54,113 nucleotides of DNA, taken from the NCBI GenBank assembly GCA_964495045.1, contig CAZBUL010000001.1, forward strand, positions 1 to 54,113, given 5' to 3'. This DNA comes from an uncultured Desulfobacterales bacterium. Lineage in GTDB: Bacteria; Desulfobacterota; Desulfobacteria; Desulfobacterales; Desulfatirhabdiaceae. A program made the position numbers and the translations under genes. Under the pieces are notes generated by a model. The model saw only the letters and a list, made by a program, of their open reading frames with translations. It ran no database searches and had not been told where the DNA came from. Below, one piece after another: positions 19,188 to 27,134 of the stretch (position 1 is its first letter; each line of letters opens with the position of its first letter).

Positions 19188-19994
19188 TTACCTGTGTTTT
19201 CCTGCCCGATCGTTGGCCAGATATCCAGACAAAAACTGCCGACACCGTTCAGACGTTGGCCTTTCGAAAATCTGTTCCGGTGTGCCTTCTTCTTCGACAC
19301 ATCCATTATGCAGAAACATCACCCGGCTCGAGACATGACGGGCAAAATCCATTTCATGGGTTGCGATCAGCATGGTACGGCCTTCTTCGGCCAGTTGCTG
19401 CATAACGCGAAGGACTTCTCCGACCAGTTCCGGATCGAGCGCCGATGTGGGTTCATCCACCAGCAAAGCTGCCGGTTCCATGGCCAGTGCGCGGGCAATG
19501 GCCGCACGCTGCTGCTGCCCTCCGGAAAGCTGGGATGGATAATATCCGGCCTTGCTCTCGATTCCCACTTTTTTCAAGAGCGCCATGGCCAGATCGACAA
19601 CATCTTTCTTGGGCCGCTTCAACACATGCACCGGAGCCTCGATGACATTTTCCAGAATGGTCATGTGTGTCCAGAGGTTGAAGTGCTGAAATATCATCCC
19701 CAGCCGGGTGCGGATCCGATCGACCTGACGCATATCTTCGGGTACGGATTCTCCGCGCCGATTCTGTTTCATGCGAATCCGCTCACCGGCGATATGAACG
19801 TTTCCGGCATCCGGGATTTCCAGGAGATTGATACAGCGCAGGAGTGTGCTTTTGCCGGAACCGCTGGAGCCGATCAGGGCGATGACATCCCCTTCATTGG
19901 CAGCCAGCGACACGCCTTTCAATACCTGAAGCGCACCAAAACGTTTGTGAAGATTTTCCACAACAAGGGCGGGAGAAGAGGCCGTATTTAGCAA
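19188..19994 (-). CDS. Polar amino-acid ABC transporter ATPase (HisP-like)
   Basis: Walker A GSSGSGKST, signature LSGGQQQR and Walker B LLVDEPTSALD. TTG 19994 after GAGGAAA gives a HisP-like N-terminal length. The ORF-track start at 20027 (also TTG, no SD) is the alternative. Confidence 0.85.
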   Translation of the reverse strand: MLNTASSPALVVENLHKRFGALQVLKGVSLAANEGDVIALIGSSGSGKSTLLRCINLLEIPDAGNVHIAGERIRMKQNRRGESVPEDMRQVDRIRTRLGMIFQHFNLWTHMTILENVIEAPVHVLKRPKKDVVDLAMALLKKVGIESKAGYYPSQLSGGQQQRAAIARALAMEPAALLVDEPTSALDPELVGEVLRVMQQLAEEGRTMLIATHEMDFARHVSSRVMFLHNGCVEEEGTPEQIFERPTSERCRQFLSGYLANDRAGKHR

Positions 19995-20027
19995 GATGGT
20001 TTCCTCGCTGTGCTGTCTGATGTCCAA

Positions 20028-21359
20028 TTATGGCGGTGAAAGGGCTGTGTTCAATTCTCTCTCGAAGATGTCGAGCGCCACATCCACATCTTCCGACGTG
20101 ATGATGAGTGGCGGACAGAATCGGATGACACTCTCCCCGCAACTGAGCAAGAGCAGCCCCTTTTTGAAACACCCATTGAGGAGTCTGTCCCGCAGCGGTT
20201 TATCGGGTTTCTGAGACGCACGATCGATCACCAGTTCCACTGCCTGCATCAGGCCCAGCCCGCGAATGTCGCCAAGACATTCATAGTGCTGCTGCATCCG
20301 GTCGAGACCATCTCGTAGGTTTCGTCCCTGAATTTCCGCATTCTGGATCAGGCCGGATTGAATGACACGGATCGATGCCAGGGCCGCCGCACAAGATACC
20401 GGGTTGCCCCCGAAAGTGGAACCATGGGCGCCGCGGGTCCAGTCCATGACATCACTGCGGGCGACCACGGCACTCAAAGGCATCCCAGAGGCAATTCCCT
20501 TGGCCATGGCCATGATATCCGGTACCACACCGAAATGCTCGATGGCAAATAATTTTCCGGTGCGCCCCATCCCTGTCTGGATTTCATCCATGAGAACAAG
20601 AATACCATATTTTTCGGCAAGGGCCTTCAACCGGCCGTGATAGCCTGACGGCGGCACCACATATCCGCCTTCTCCCTGAATGGGTTCGATTACCATCACC
20701 GCCACTTCTTCCGGGGGAATGTAGGTTCTGAAAATTTGCTCTTCGATAAAGCGGATGCATTCAAAATCACATGCCGGATGGGTCATGCGAAAGGCGCAGC
20801 GGTAGCAGTTGGCATAAGGAACGTGGGTGATCCCCGGAACGAAGGAGCTGAAGCCTTTTCGTTGAACCACCTTGGATGCGGTAAGGGACAGGGCGCCCAT
20901 CGTTCGGCCATGAAACGCTCCGATAAATGCGATGGCCTTGTCTCTGCCGCTGTGCCACCGGGCCATCTTGAATCCGGCCTCGACCGCTTCGGCCCCCGAG
21001 TTGGCTAGCAGCACTCTTTTTTCGAATTGTCCCGGTGTGATGGCTGCGAGACATTCTGCCAGCTCGATCATGGGGAGATGATAAAAATCGGAACCACATA
21101 TATGAATCAGCTCGGCCAGTTGAGACTGGGCTGCGGCAACCACATCCGGATGACAGTGACCGGTGTTGCAGACAGCGATCCCGGAAGTGAAATCCAGGTA
21201 TTCATTGCCATCGACATCTACAATCCACTGGCCCTGGCCTTTGACGGCAACCAGCGGATATTCCCGCGGCAGGGACGGCGAGAGCAGCCGGGCATCTCTG
21301 GATATCCAGCTCAACGCTTTGGGGCCGGGTATAGATGTGATCTGATGCGGCTTTTTCAT
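20028..21359 (-). CDS. Class-III PLP aminotransferase (GABA/ornithine/acetylornithine aminotransferase-like)
   Basis: Motifs LANSGAEAVE, DEIQTGMGRTG and the PLP lysine in AMAKGIASG. ATG 21359 follows GGAAAGG. ATG 21401 is the alternative start. Confidence 0.85.
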   Translation of the reverse strand: MKKPHQITSIPGPKALSWISRDARLLSPSLPREYPLVAVKGQGQWIVDVDGNEYLDFTSGIAVCNTGHCHPDVVAAAQSQLAELIHICGSDFYHLPMIELAECLAAITPGQFEKRVLLANSGAEAVEAGFKMARWHSGRDKAIAFIGAFHGRTMGALSLTASKVVQRKGFSSFVPGITHVPYANCYRCAFRMTHPACDFECIRFIEEQIFRTYIPPEEVAVMVIEPIQGEGGYVVPPSGYHGRLKALAEKYGILVLMDEIQTGMGRTGKLFAIEHFGVVPDIMAMAKGIASGMPLSAVVARSDVMDWTRGAHGSTFGGNPVSCAAALASIRVIQSGLIQNAEIQGRNLRDGLDRMQQHYECLGDIRGLGLMQAVELVIDRASQKPDKPLRDRLLNGCFKKGLLLLSCGESVIRFCPPLIITSEDVDVALDIFERELNTALSPP

Positions 21360-21522
21360 AAAACGCCTTTCCGTAACAAGTCGATGTTGATTACATGCCA
21401 TGGATTTTACAGCGAGTCAACGAAATATGTTGCAGAATGGATTTGATATTCTCCCGCACCTGGATTATTAGAACCGTTCAACAGGCATCGATTTGTTCAG
21501 TGCATCCAGAGGAATCGCGATC

Positions 21523-22383
21523 ATGGCAATCAAGGGATATGCAGGAATTATTGCGGCTGCGGTATTGTGGGGAATGATCGGCCCATTTTCGAAGCTGGCC
21601 TTTCAGGAAGGAATATCCCCCATGGAGGTGGCTTTCTGGCGGGCCATGCTGGCATGGGTCATGTTCGGCGGTCATGCCATGATCCGGCGGGAAGTCGGCT
21701 TGACGGTCAAAGACATCCCCTATCTTCTGGTGTTTGGGGTGTGCGGCGTATCCCTCTTTTATTTCTTTTATCAAATGGCCGTCCGCCAGGGAGGCGCAGC
21801 CCTGGCCGCCGTGCTGCTTTATACGGCGCCTGCCTGGGTCATCGTGCTGTCGCGGGTGTTTCTGAAAGAATCCATCACCCCCGTCAAAGTGGTGGCCATG
21901 GTGCTGACATTGATCGGCATTTCGGCCATTTCATGGGGAAAGGAAACTGCTGCGGGCGGAACGGTCAGCTTTTCTGCCATCGCTTTCGGCCTCGGGTCGG
22001 GGTTCTGTTATTCCCTGTACTACATCTTCGGAAAACATTTTTCAGGCCGATACAGCGCCTACAATCTCTTTTTGTATGTTCTGCCGATCGGCGCCGCCGG
22101 GCTGTTTCCCTGGGTGACGTTTGCACATAAAACCCCCACCGCCTGGATGGCGATAGCCAGTCTGGTGATTGTCAGCACCTACGGCGCCAATTCCTGTTAT
22201 TATATAGGGCTGAAGTATCTGGATGCGGGGCGGGCGTCCATTACGGCAACCCTCGAACCCGTGGTCGCCGCAGTGGTCGCCTATTTCTGGTGGAACGAGG
22301 TTTTCGACCTGCAAAGCTATATCGGCAGTGCCGTCATTCTGTCTGCCGTCATTCTGATGATTCGAAGCGGCGAGAAAAAATGA
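21523..22383 (+). CDS. EamA/DMT-family transporter
   Basis: ~10-TM protein with EamA repeats. ATG 21523 follows AGAGGAA. The ORF-track start at 21493 is a TTG. Confidence 0.8.
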   Translation: MAIKGYAGIIAAAVLWGMIGPFSKLAFQEGISPMEVAFWRAMLAWVMFGGHAMIRREVGLTVKDIPYLLVFGVCGVSLFYFFYQMAVRQGGAALAAVLLYTAPAWVIVLSRVFLKESITPVKVVAMVLTLIGISAISWGKETAAGGTVSFSAIAFGLGSGFCYSLYYIFGKHFSGRYSAYNLFLYVLPIGAAGLFPWVTFAHKTPTAWMAIASLVIVSTYGANSCYYIGLKYLDAGRASITATLEPVVAAVVAYFWWNEVFDLQSYIGSAVILSAVILMIRSGEKK

Positions 22384-22393
22384 CCGCCGTTGT

Positions 22394-23887
22394 TCATCTG
22401 CCTTTCCGGTTCAGCCATTCGTACAGTTCCGCCACATGCAGAGACAGCGGAAACCGCCCTTCGGCAAATACGCCGTAATCCCCGCCGCCGGCCATGGCCG
22501 ATGTAAAACGAATGTTGTTGGCATCAAACAGCCAGATCGCACACCATTTTTTTTCGATACTTTCATCAAACGGACTTCCGTTGCGTTCGATTCCGGCTGC
22601 ATAGCCTTTTTTCCAGATATCCCGCATGATGTCCGTGGCGGTCCGGGTGGCCGTATAGGTTGTTTGAAGGGTGTTGGCATACCGCTGCCAATGACCTGAG
22701 ACCCATGAGCGGCTGTGGCAGGAAAGGCAGATGGTTTGCATGGTCTGCTGCCGTTTGGCGGTTTCTTCATCGTCGATCAGATAGGCAGATGCCGGATTGC
22801 CGTCGAAATCGGTGGGGAGATTCTGGCCGGCATTATTTCGAATAAGGGTGGTATCGGGATTTTTCGGCTGCCTGTGTGCGTAAATGAGACCGAAAATACG
22901 GTTGGCAAGGCGATCGCTCACGCGGTGGGTGCGCCGGGCGATCACATGGCCGTCCGTATCGGTCAGCAGGCTGATATGACAGGCCGCACAGGTCGGTGCT
23001 GTGAAATCTTTCCCGATGGTCCAGGGAATGGCTTGAAAATCCCACGCGCCCTGTTTGGATGAAAAGATGTTGCCGTGCTTGCTGTGTTCATAAACTTTAT
23101 AGGCCGGAACATCCGGCCCGGCATGACATTCCTTGCACGTATAGGGCTTTCGGGCGGTTTCCATGGAAAAACCGTGACGGGGGTGACACGATGTGCATGC
23201 GCCTTTGCTGCCGTCCGGATTGATCCGGCCAACGCCCTGATTCGGCCAGCCGTCGATGACGGGGAATTCCAGTTCACCGGCATCGGTATCCCGCTTTTCA
23301 AAACCGGTCACTGTCAATCGCGTGCCATGGCAGTAAAAACAGGATTCGGCGTTGGTCGAAATATCCGGAGAATCGAAAACCAATTTCCCGGATTTGCGGG
23401 AAGGGGTTCCAATGATGGTCTGCTTCAAATCCTGGTAGATCGGGTTTTCCGCCAGATTCTTCCAGGCATGGGACATGATGTTATCGGCATACTGCTCCCT
23501 TTCCTGCCGGTGACAGGTGGCGCAGTCGTCTGCACTGACGACGATATGCATGCGATATCCGTTATGTGAAACCGTGTCGGCATGAGACTCCGCCCGCTGG
23601 GTATGGCACTCGGCACATCCCACGACAACGGTTTTCATGGATTCCGGAACCGATGTTCCGGAGACTTTGCGGACAAGATCCGCCGCGGCAAAGGCCTTTT
23701 CCGGGGAAACCATCGCATGACGACTATTTTTCCAGTCCGCAACGATACCGGGGTGAACTGAGGCATGACAGCCCAGACAGGCCTGTGTATCATCGCTGAT
23801 GATCGGCACGTCTGCGCCATACCCGGACTGCGGAATCAGAATCATCCACAGGAACAAAACTTGCGATAATGTCAACAAAACTTTCAT
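22394..23887 (-). CDS. Secreted octahaem c-type cytochrome (HAO/Otr-like size class; subfamily undetermined)
   Basis: Signal peptide plus eight CxxCH motifs (CLGCH, CAECH, CATCH, CFYCH, CTSCH, CKECH, CAACH, CLSCH) in 497 aa. No CxxCK or CX15CH motif is present. Confidence 0.85.
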   Translation of the reverse strand: MKVLLTLSQVLFLWMILIPQSGYGADVPIISDDTQACLGCHASVHPGIVADWKNSRHAMVSPEKAFAAADLVRKVSGTSVPESMKTVVVGCAECHTQRAESHADTVSHNGYRMHIVVSADDCATCHRQEREQYADNIMSHAWKNLAENPIYQDLKQTIIGTPSRKSGKLVFDSPDISTNAESCFYCHGTRLTVTGFEKRDTDAGELEFPVIDGWPNQGVGRINPDGSKGACTSCHPRHGFSMETARKPYTCKECHAGPDVPAYKVYEHSKHGNIFSSKQGAWDFQAIPWTIGKDFTAPTCAACHISLLTDTDGHVIARRTHRVSDRLANRIFGLIYAHRQPKNPDTTLIRNNAGQNLPTDFDGNPASAYLIDDEETAKRQQTMQTICLSCHSRSWVSGHWQRYANTLQTTYTATRTATDIMRDIWKKGYAAGIERNGSPFDESIEKKWCAIWLFDANNIRFTSAMAGGGDYGVFAEGRFPLSLHVAELYEWLNRKGR

Positions 23888-23916
23888 GGCGTCCTCTTCC
23901 CGGCGTCGATACTGAC

Positions 23917-24531
23917 TTATATGCTGCTGAGCGCCATCAACCGATACACCAGCATGCCTGCCAGCCAGGCAACATCTTCGGGGGATAGGATGTCGCCAAT
24001 CGTATCATCAAAAAGGATATTGGCTTCGGAGGGAAATTCTTCATCGCCTTCCCAGAGAATGAGCTGAACCGGAATCCGGGGAAGCACCCGAAATTCGAAA
24101 CCGGCGTCTCCGGCAGGAATGGCATGTCCGCCCAGGCGTTCTGCCGCCCGAACGAGTCCTGAAACATTGGCGCCGAAAGTCTTTTTCAGCGGATCGATGG
24201 CCCGTTTAACAAAGGCACTGAAATAAAACGAGGCCCCCTGGATTTCGCGGTAGGCAACCCAGTTCCCGGTCGGAAACAGCATCCCGCCGGCCTGAAGATA
24301 ATGGAGAATCAGTACCTGTTCCTGAATGGGAACTTCCTTGGGCTCCGCTGCCATTTCGGTAAAAGTGAAATCGGGAAGATGGATGAGATACGTGCGATTC
24401 AGAAAAGGAACGATCATCCCATCGGCATGTTCTTCGAAGCCGGAACGTTTCAGAATGTCTGCGGGGAACTGCTGCTTGAGCGATGCGACCGCAATGGCCG
24501 CTGCGTTGAAATAATCATCGATTCGGGGCAT
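23917..24531 (-). CDS. DUF3786-like protein (commonly linked to acs clusters)
   Basis: 204-aa soluble ORF after AGGTGA. It is recognised from memory of the DUF3786 pattern (ILHYL...WVAYREIQGASFYFSAF), with no HMM confirmation. Confidence 0.55.
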   Translation of the reverse strand: MPRIDDYFNAAAIAVASLKQQFPADILKRSGFEEHADGMIVPFLNRTYLIHLPDFTFTEMAAEPKEVPIQEQVLILHYLQAGGMLFPTGNWVAYREIQGASFYFSAFVKRAIDPLKKTFGANVSGLVRAAERLGGHAIPAGDAGFEFRVLPRIPVQLILWEGDEEFPSEANILFDDTIGDILSPEDVAWLAGMLVYRLMALSSI

Positions 24532-24554
24532 ATCACCTGCTTTTCATTAAACGA

Positions 24555-24580
24555 CAAAGCCCCGTGAAACCGGGGCTTTG
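24555..24580 (-). other. GC-rich 10-bp stem-loop between acsE and the DUF3786 gene
   Basis: caaagccccg-tgaaac-cggggctttg. In mRNA sense there is no U-tract after the stem, so it is more likely a processing or stability element than a terminator. Confidence 0.5.
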
Positions 24581-24610
24581 AGAAAAAAACTGCTTAGAGG
24601 GGTTCACCGA

Positions 24611-25492
24611 TTAAACTTCGAGCCAGGAGTCGGAATACAGAACATTTCCCAAAATGACGTTGGTGGTTTTGGCATAATCCTGCATTTCCTTGGACAGTCC
24701 GGCCATATTTGGCTGGTTTCCGTCCATGATGCCGTAAATCATATCCACGATATCCTGACGTTTTCCCTTGGCTATGATGGTTAGCTGGTCGTCCAGCGGA
24801 TCGGAGATGACCGAATACATGCCATATTTTTCGAGCATGACCATATATGTCTGATTCAATATGGGCCGCAGATGGGTCGGCGGACCGTTGGAGATGTTGG
24901 ACAGTCCGCAGGTGCTTTTGGCGCCCGGAGCGATGTCTTGAATCATGGCCTGAAAATTCATCAGGCTGATGAGCTGTGGCTGCTGGATGTTGACCGGTGT
25001 GACAATTCCATCTACCCATATCTTTTCATTGGGGATACCGGCCTCATTGGCGGCATAAAGCAGTTCTACACAAAGTGCAGCCCGTTCGTTTTCATCCCGC
25101 GGCAGGCCTTCCGGGCCCCACATCAGGGCGATAAAATCGGCGTTGTACTTGGCGGCAATCGGAATCATCCGCTCGTATCGCTCCGGACGGCACATGATCG
25201 AGTTGATCAGCGGGGGCAGTTTGCAGACCTTCAGTGCGGCTTCAATAGCATCGATATTGGATGTATCCAAGACCAATGGTACATCATCCACAACTTCCTG
25301 AACCACCTGAACCACCCAGGGCATCAGATCCACCCCGTCTTTTTTGGCCGGTCCCAGATTGATGTCTATAAAATCCATTCCCTTCGACTTCTGCAACAGG
25401 GCTTCTTCCTGAATAGGCTTGGGATCACGTTCTTTATAAGCCCGACCAATTTTTTTGTTGATAACATTCAAGCTTTCGCCAATTAAATACAT
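24611..25492 (-). CDS. acsE: Methyltetrahydrofolate:corrinoid/iron-sulfur protein methyltransferase
   Basis: Pterin-binding TIM-barrel-type sequence (MYLIGESLNV..., DFIDINLGP, LVLDTSN). ATG 25492 follows AAGGAGG. The position within the acs operon supports the call. Confidence 0.85.
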   Translation of the reverse strand: MYLIGESLNVINKKIGRAYKERDPKPIQEEALLQKSKGMDFIDINLGPAKKDGVDLMPWVVQVVQEVVDDVPLVLDTSNIDAIEAALKVCKLPPLINSIMCRPERYERMIPIAAKYNADFIALMWGPEGLPRDENERAALCVELLYAANEAGIPNEKIWVDGIVTPVNIQQPQLISLMNFQAMIQDIAPGAKSTCGLSNISNGPPTHLRPILNQTYMVMLEKYGMYSVISDPLDDQLTIIAKGKRQDIVDMIYGIMDGNQPNMAGLSKEMQDYAKTTNVILGNVLYSDSWLEV

Positions 25493-25618
25493 ACAACCTC
25501 CTTGGGTGAATATGGTGTGGGTAGGGGCAATGAACGGCATCTGCCCAGCCCGGATTTCAGGGCAGACACAGGATCCGCCCTAAATCCGGATTTTCTGACC
25601 CTTTTCAGGGAAAAGAAA

Positions 25619-26959
25619 TCATCTGGCTTTTAAAAACGCCGGGATATGGGCCGCTTCTCTGGGGCCGACCGTGATGGTCCAGCCGGTGAGTTCTTCTTCT
25701 ACATCTCCGGCAATTGCCGCAGCATAACCCGGAATAATGAGTTCCTTATGCTTGATCTTGTCGGCAATGCCGCTTTTCTTGACAAACATGCCCACATCAT
25801 CGCCGGAGAACTTGCCGGCTGCCCAGGCTGTCATGACCGACAGACCTTCGGAGTCTTTGATCAGCAACCATGCCGGTACCCGGCTGCCTTCAATTTCACC
25901 GGATACGATAAAATAGGTGAGTGCAAAATTGGTGGTGACCAGAACCGGCGAGTTCTCGTTCGGGTTGCCAATTTCGTAAATCCCTTCGACGACGGTCATG
26001 GGCCGTTGCGGGTCGGTAAATATATTGAGTCGTTCGAGAAGCAGCGGAAAGACGGACTCGCCTGTAAAATTGGAGAGTACCACGATCCCCGCATATTTGG
26101 CGATCAGCATGCCAGCGATCAGGGTTTCCATGTCAAGATTGGAAGCCATTTCACAGGGGAATGCAATGGTTGGAAAACCCAGCGCCCGATTTCCCTGTTT
26201 CAGGGCCGCGCGTCGGATGACAACCTGATCTTCGAGAGCCTGTTTCATCTCCCGGGAACCGGAATCGATGACCAGATCCTTAAGCCCCATTTCGGTCAGC
26301 TTGGTGGTCAGGGGAATCAGGGCTTCAACCGAATCGGCTTTTACCGCCAGCGGCAGATTGTTTTCCTTGGCCAGTACGCCGAAAGCATCAGCATTGGCTG
26401 CGGTGGCTGCATACATCAGGGGTTTTTTGAATTTACAGGCGTCAATCCCGGCTTTCATGACATCGGCATTGTCGGTCATCAAAACCAGATTGAATTCTGT
26501 GGTTTCGGCAATCAACTTAGCTTTTTCAGCAAAAGCGGCTTTGTCACCATTGACATCTTTCAGTGCGACCAATTCTGGACGAAGATTCAGGCCGACACGT
26601 TCGAATTGAAAAGCATTCCATACTTTCAGCTTGGTTTGAAGGTCGGCAATCGCCATACTGGATTCGACCACTGCCGCCAACCCAGTCTTGTTGAAAAAGG
26701 TTTTCTCATGGCGGTAAAGAACGGTTTCACCGCCGGAAGTCAATGCCCGAACACCTTTTCCAATAGCTACGGGCCGAATGGGCGGAGCGGAGGCTTCAGC
26801 CAGTTTTTCTCTGGCCTCCTCGGATACATAGGGACAGCTATCCAGTTCCGCCTTGCTAGATGCCAGATTCATGGCAAATGCCAAGCAGGTCGGAACCCCG
26901 CATTCCTTGCAGTTTGTTTTTGGCAAAAGTTTGAAAATCTGAATACCGGTTAATGCCAT
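25619..26959 (-). CDS. acsC: Corrinoid iron-sulfur protein, large subunit
   Basis: N-terminal [4Fe-4S] motif (TNCKECGVPTCLAFAMNLA...CPYV), 446 aa from ATG 26959 (after AGGAG), and operon context. Confidence 0.9.
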   Translation of the reverse strand: MALTGIQIFKLLPKTNCKECGVPTCLAFAMNLASSKAELDSCPYVSEEAREKLAEASAPPIRPVAIGKGVRALTSGGETVLYRHEKTFFNKTGLAAVVESSMAIADLQTKLKVWNAFQFERVGLNLRPELVALKDVNGDKAAFAEKAKLIAETTEFNLVLMTDNADVMKAGIDACKFKKPLMYAATAANADAFGVLAKENNLPLAVKADSVEALIPLTTKLTEMGLKDLVIDSGSREMKQALEDQVVIRRAALKQGNRALGFPTIAFPCEMASNLDMETLIAGMLIAKYAGIVVLSNFTGESVFPLLLERLNIFTDPQRPMTVVEGIYEIGNPNENSPVLVTTNFALTYFIVSGEIEGSRVPAWLLIKDSEGLSVMTAWAAGKFSGDDVGMFVKKSGIADKIKHKELIIPGYAAAIAGDVEEELTGWTITVGPREAAHIPAFLKAR

Positions 26960-27134
26960 TGTTATCTCCTTATTTGTATTCACCAGGAACGCAAACGGTC
27001 ATTTGCGTCCGGAAATGTTGTTGGCGCGTGAACCCACCATACAAAAAAGCAGGCTATGACCGAGGACGAATGGCTGAAGGCCGATGCTGTTCAGCCTTCA
27101 GCTTTTCCATCTTCAGTTCATGATACCGGGCCTA

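Noticed and set aside
19032-19991. 319-aa plus-strand ORF antisense to the ABC ATPase gene. Also 18320-19096, 14390-15265, 45886-46821 and 39950-40651.
   Set aside because: These are shadow ORFs opposite genes with clear Walker, SBP, Hsp70, kinase or ABC motifs.
25646-26953. 435-aa ORF antisense to acsC. Similar antisense ORFs occur at 30191-31486 (acsA), 28434-29111 (acsB), 32235-33104 (acsD), and 42637-43344 and 43345-43950 (sat).
   Set aside because: These are the same codon-aligned shadow-frame effect in highly biased genes. The products are low-complexity with no motifs or SD sequences.
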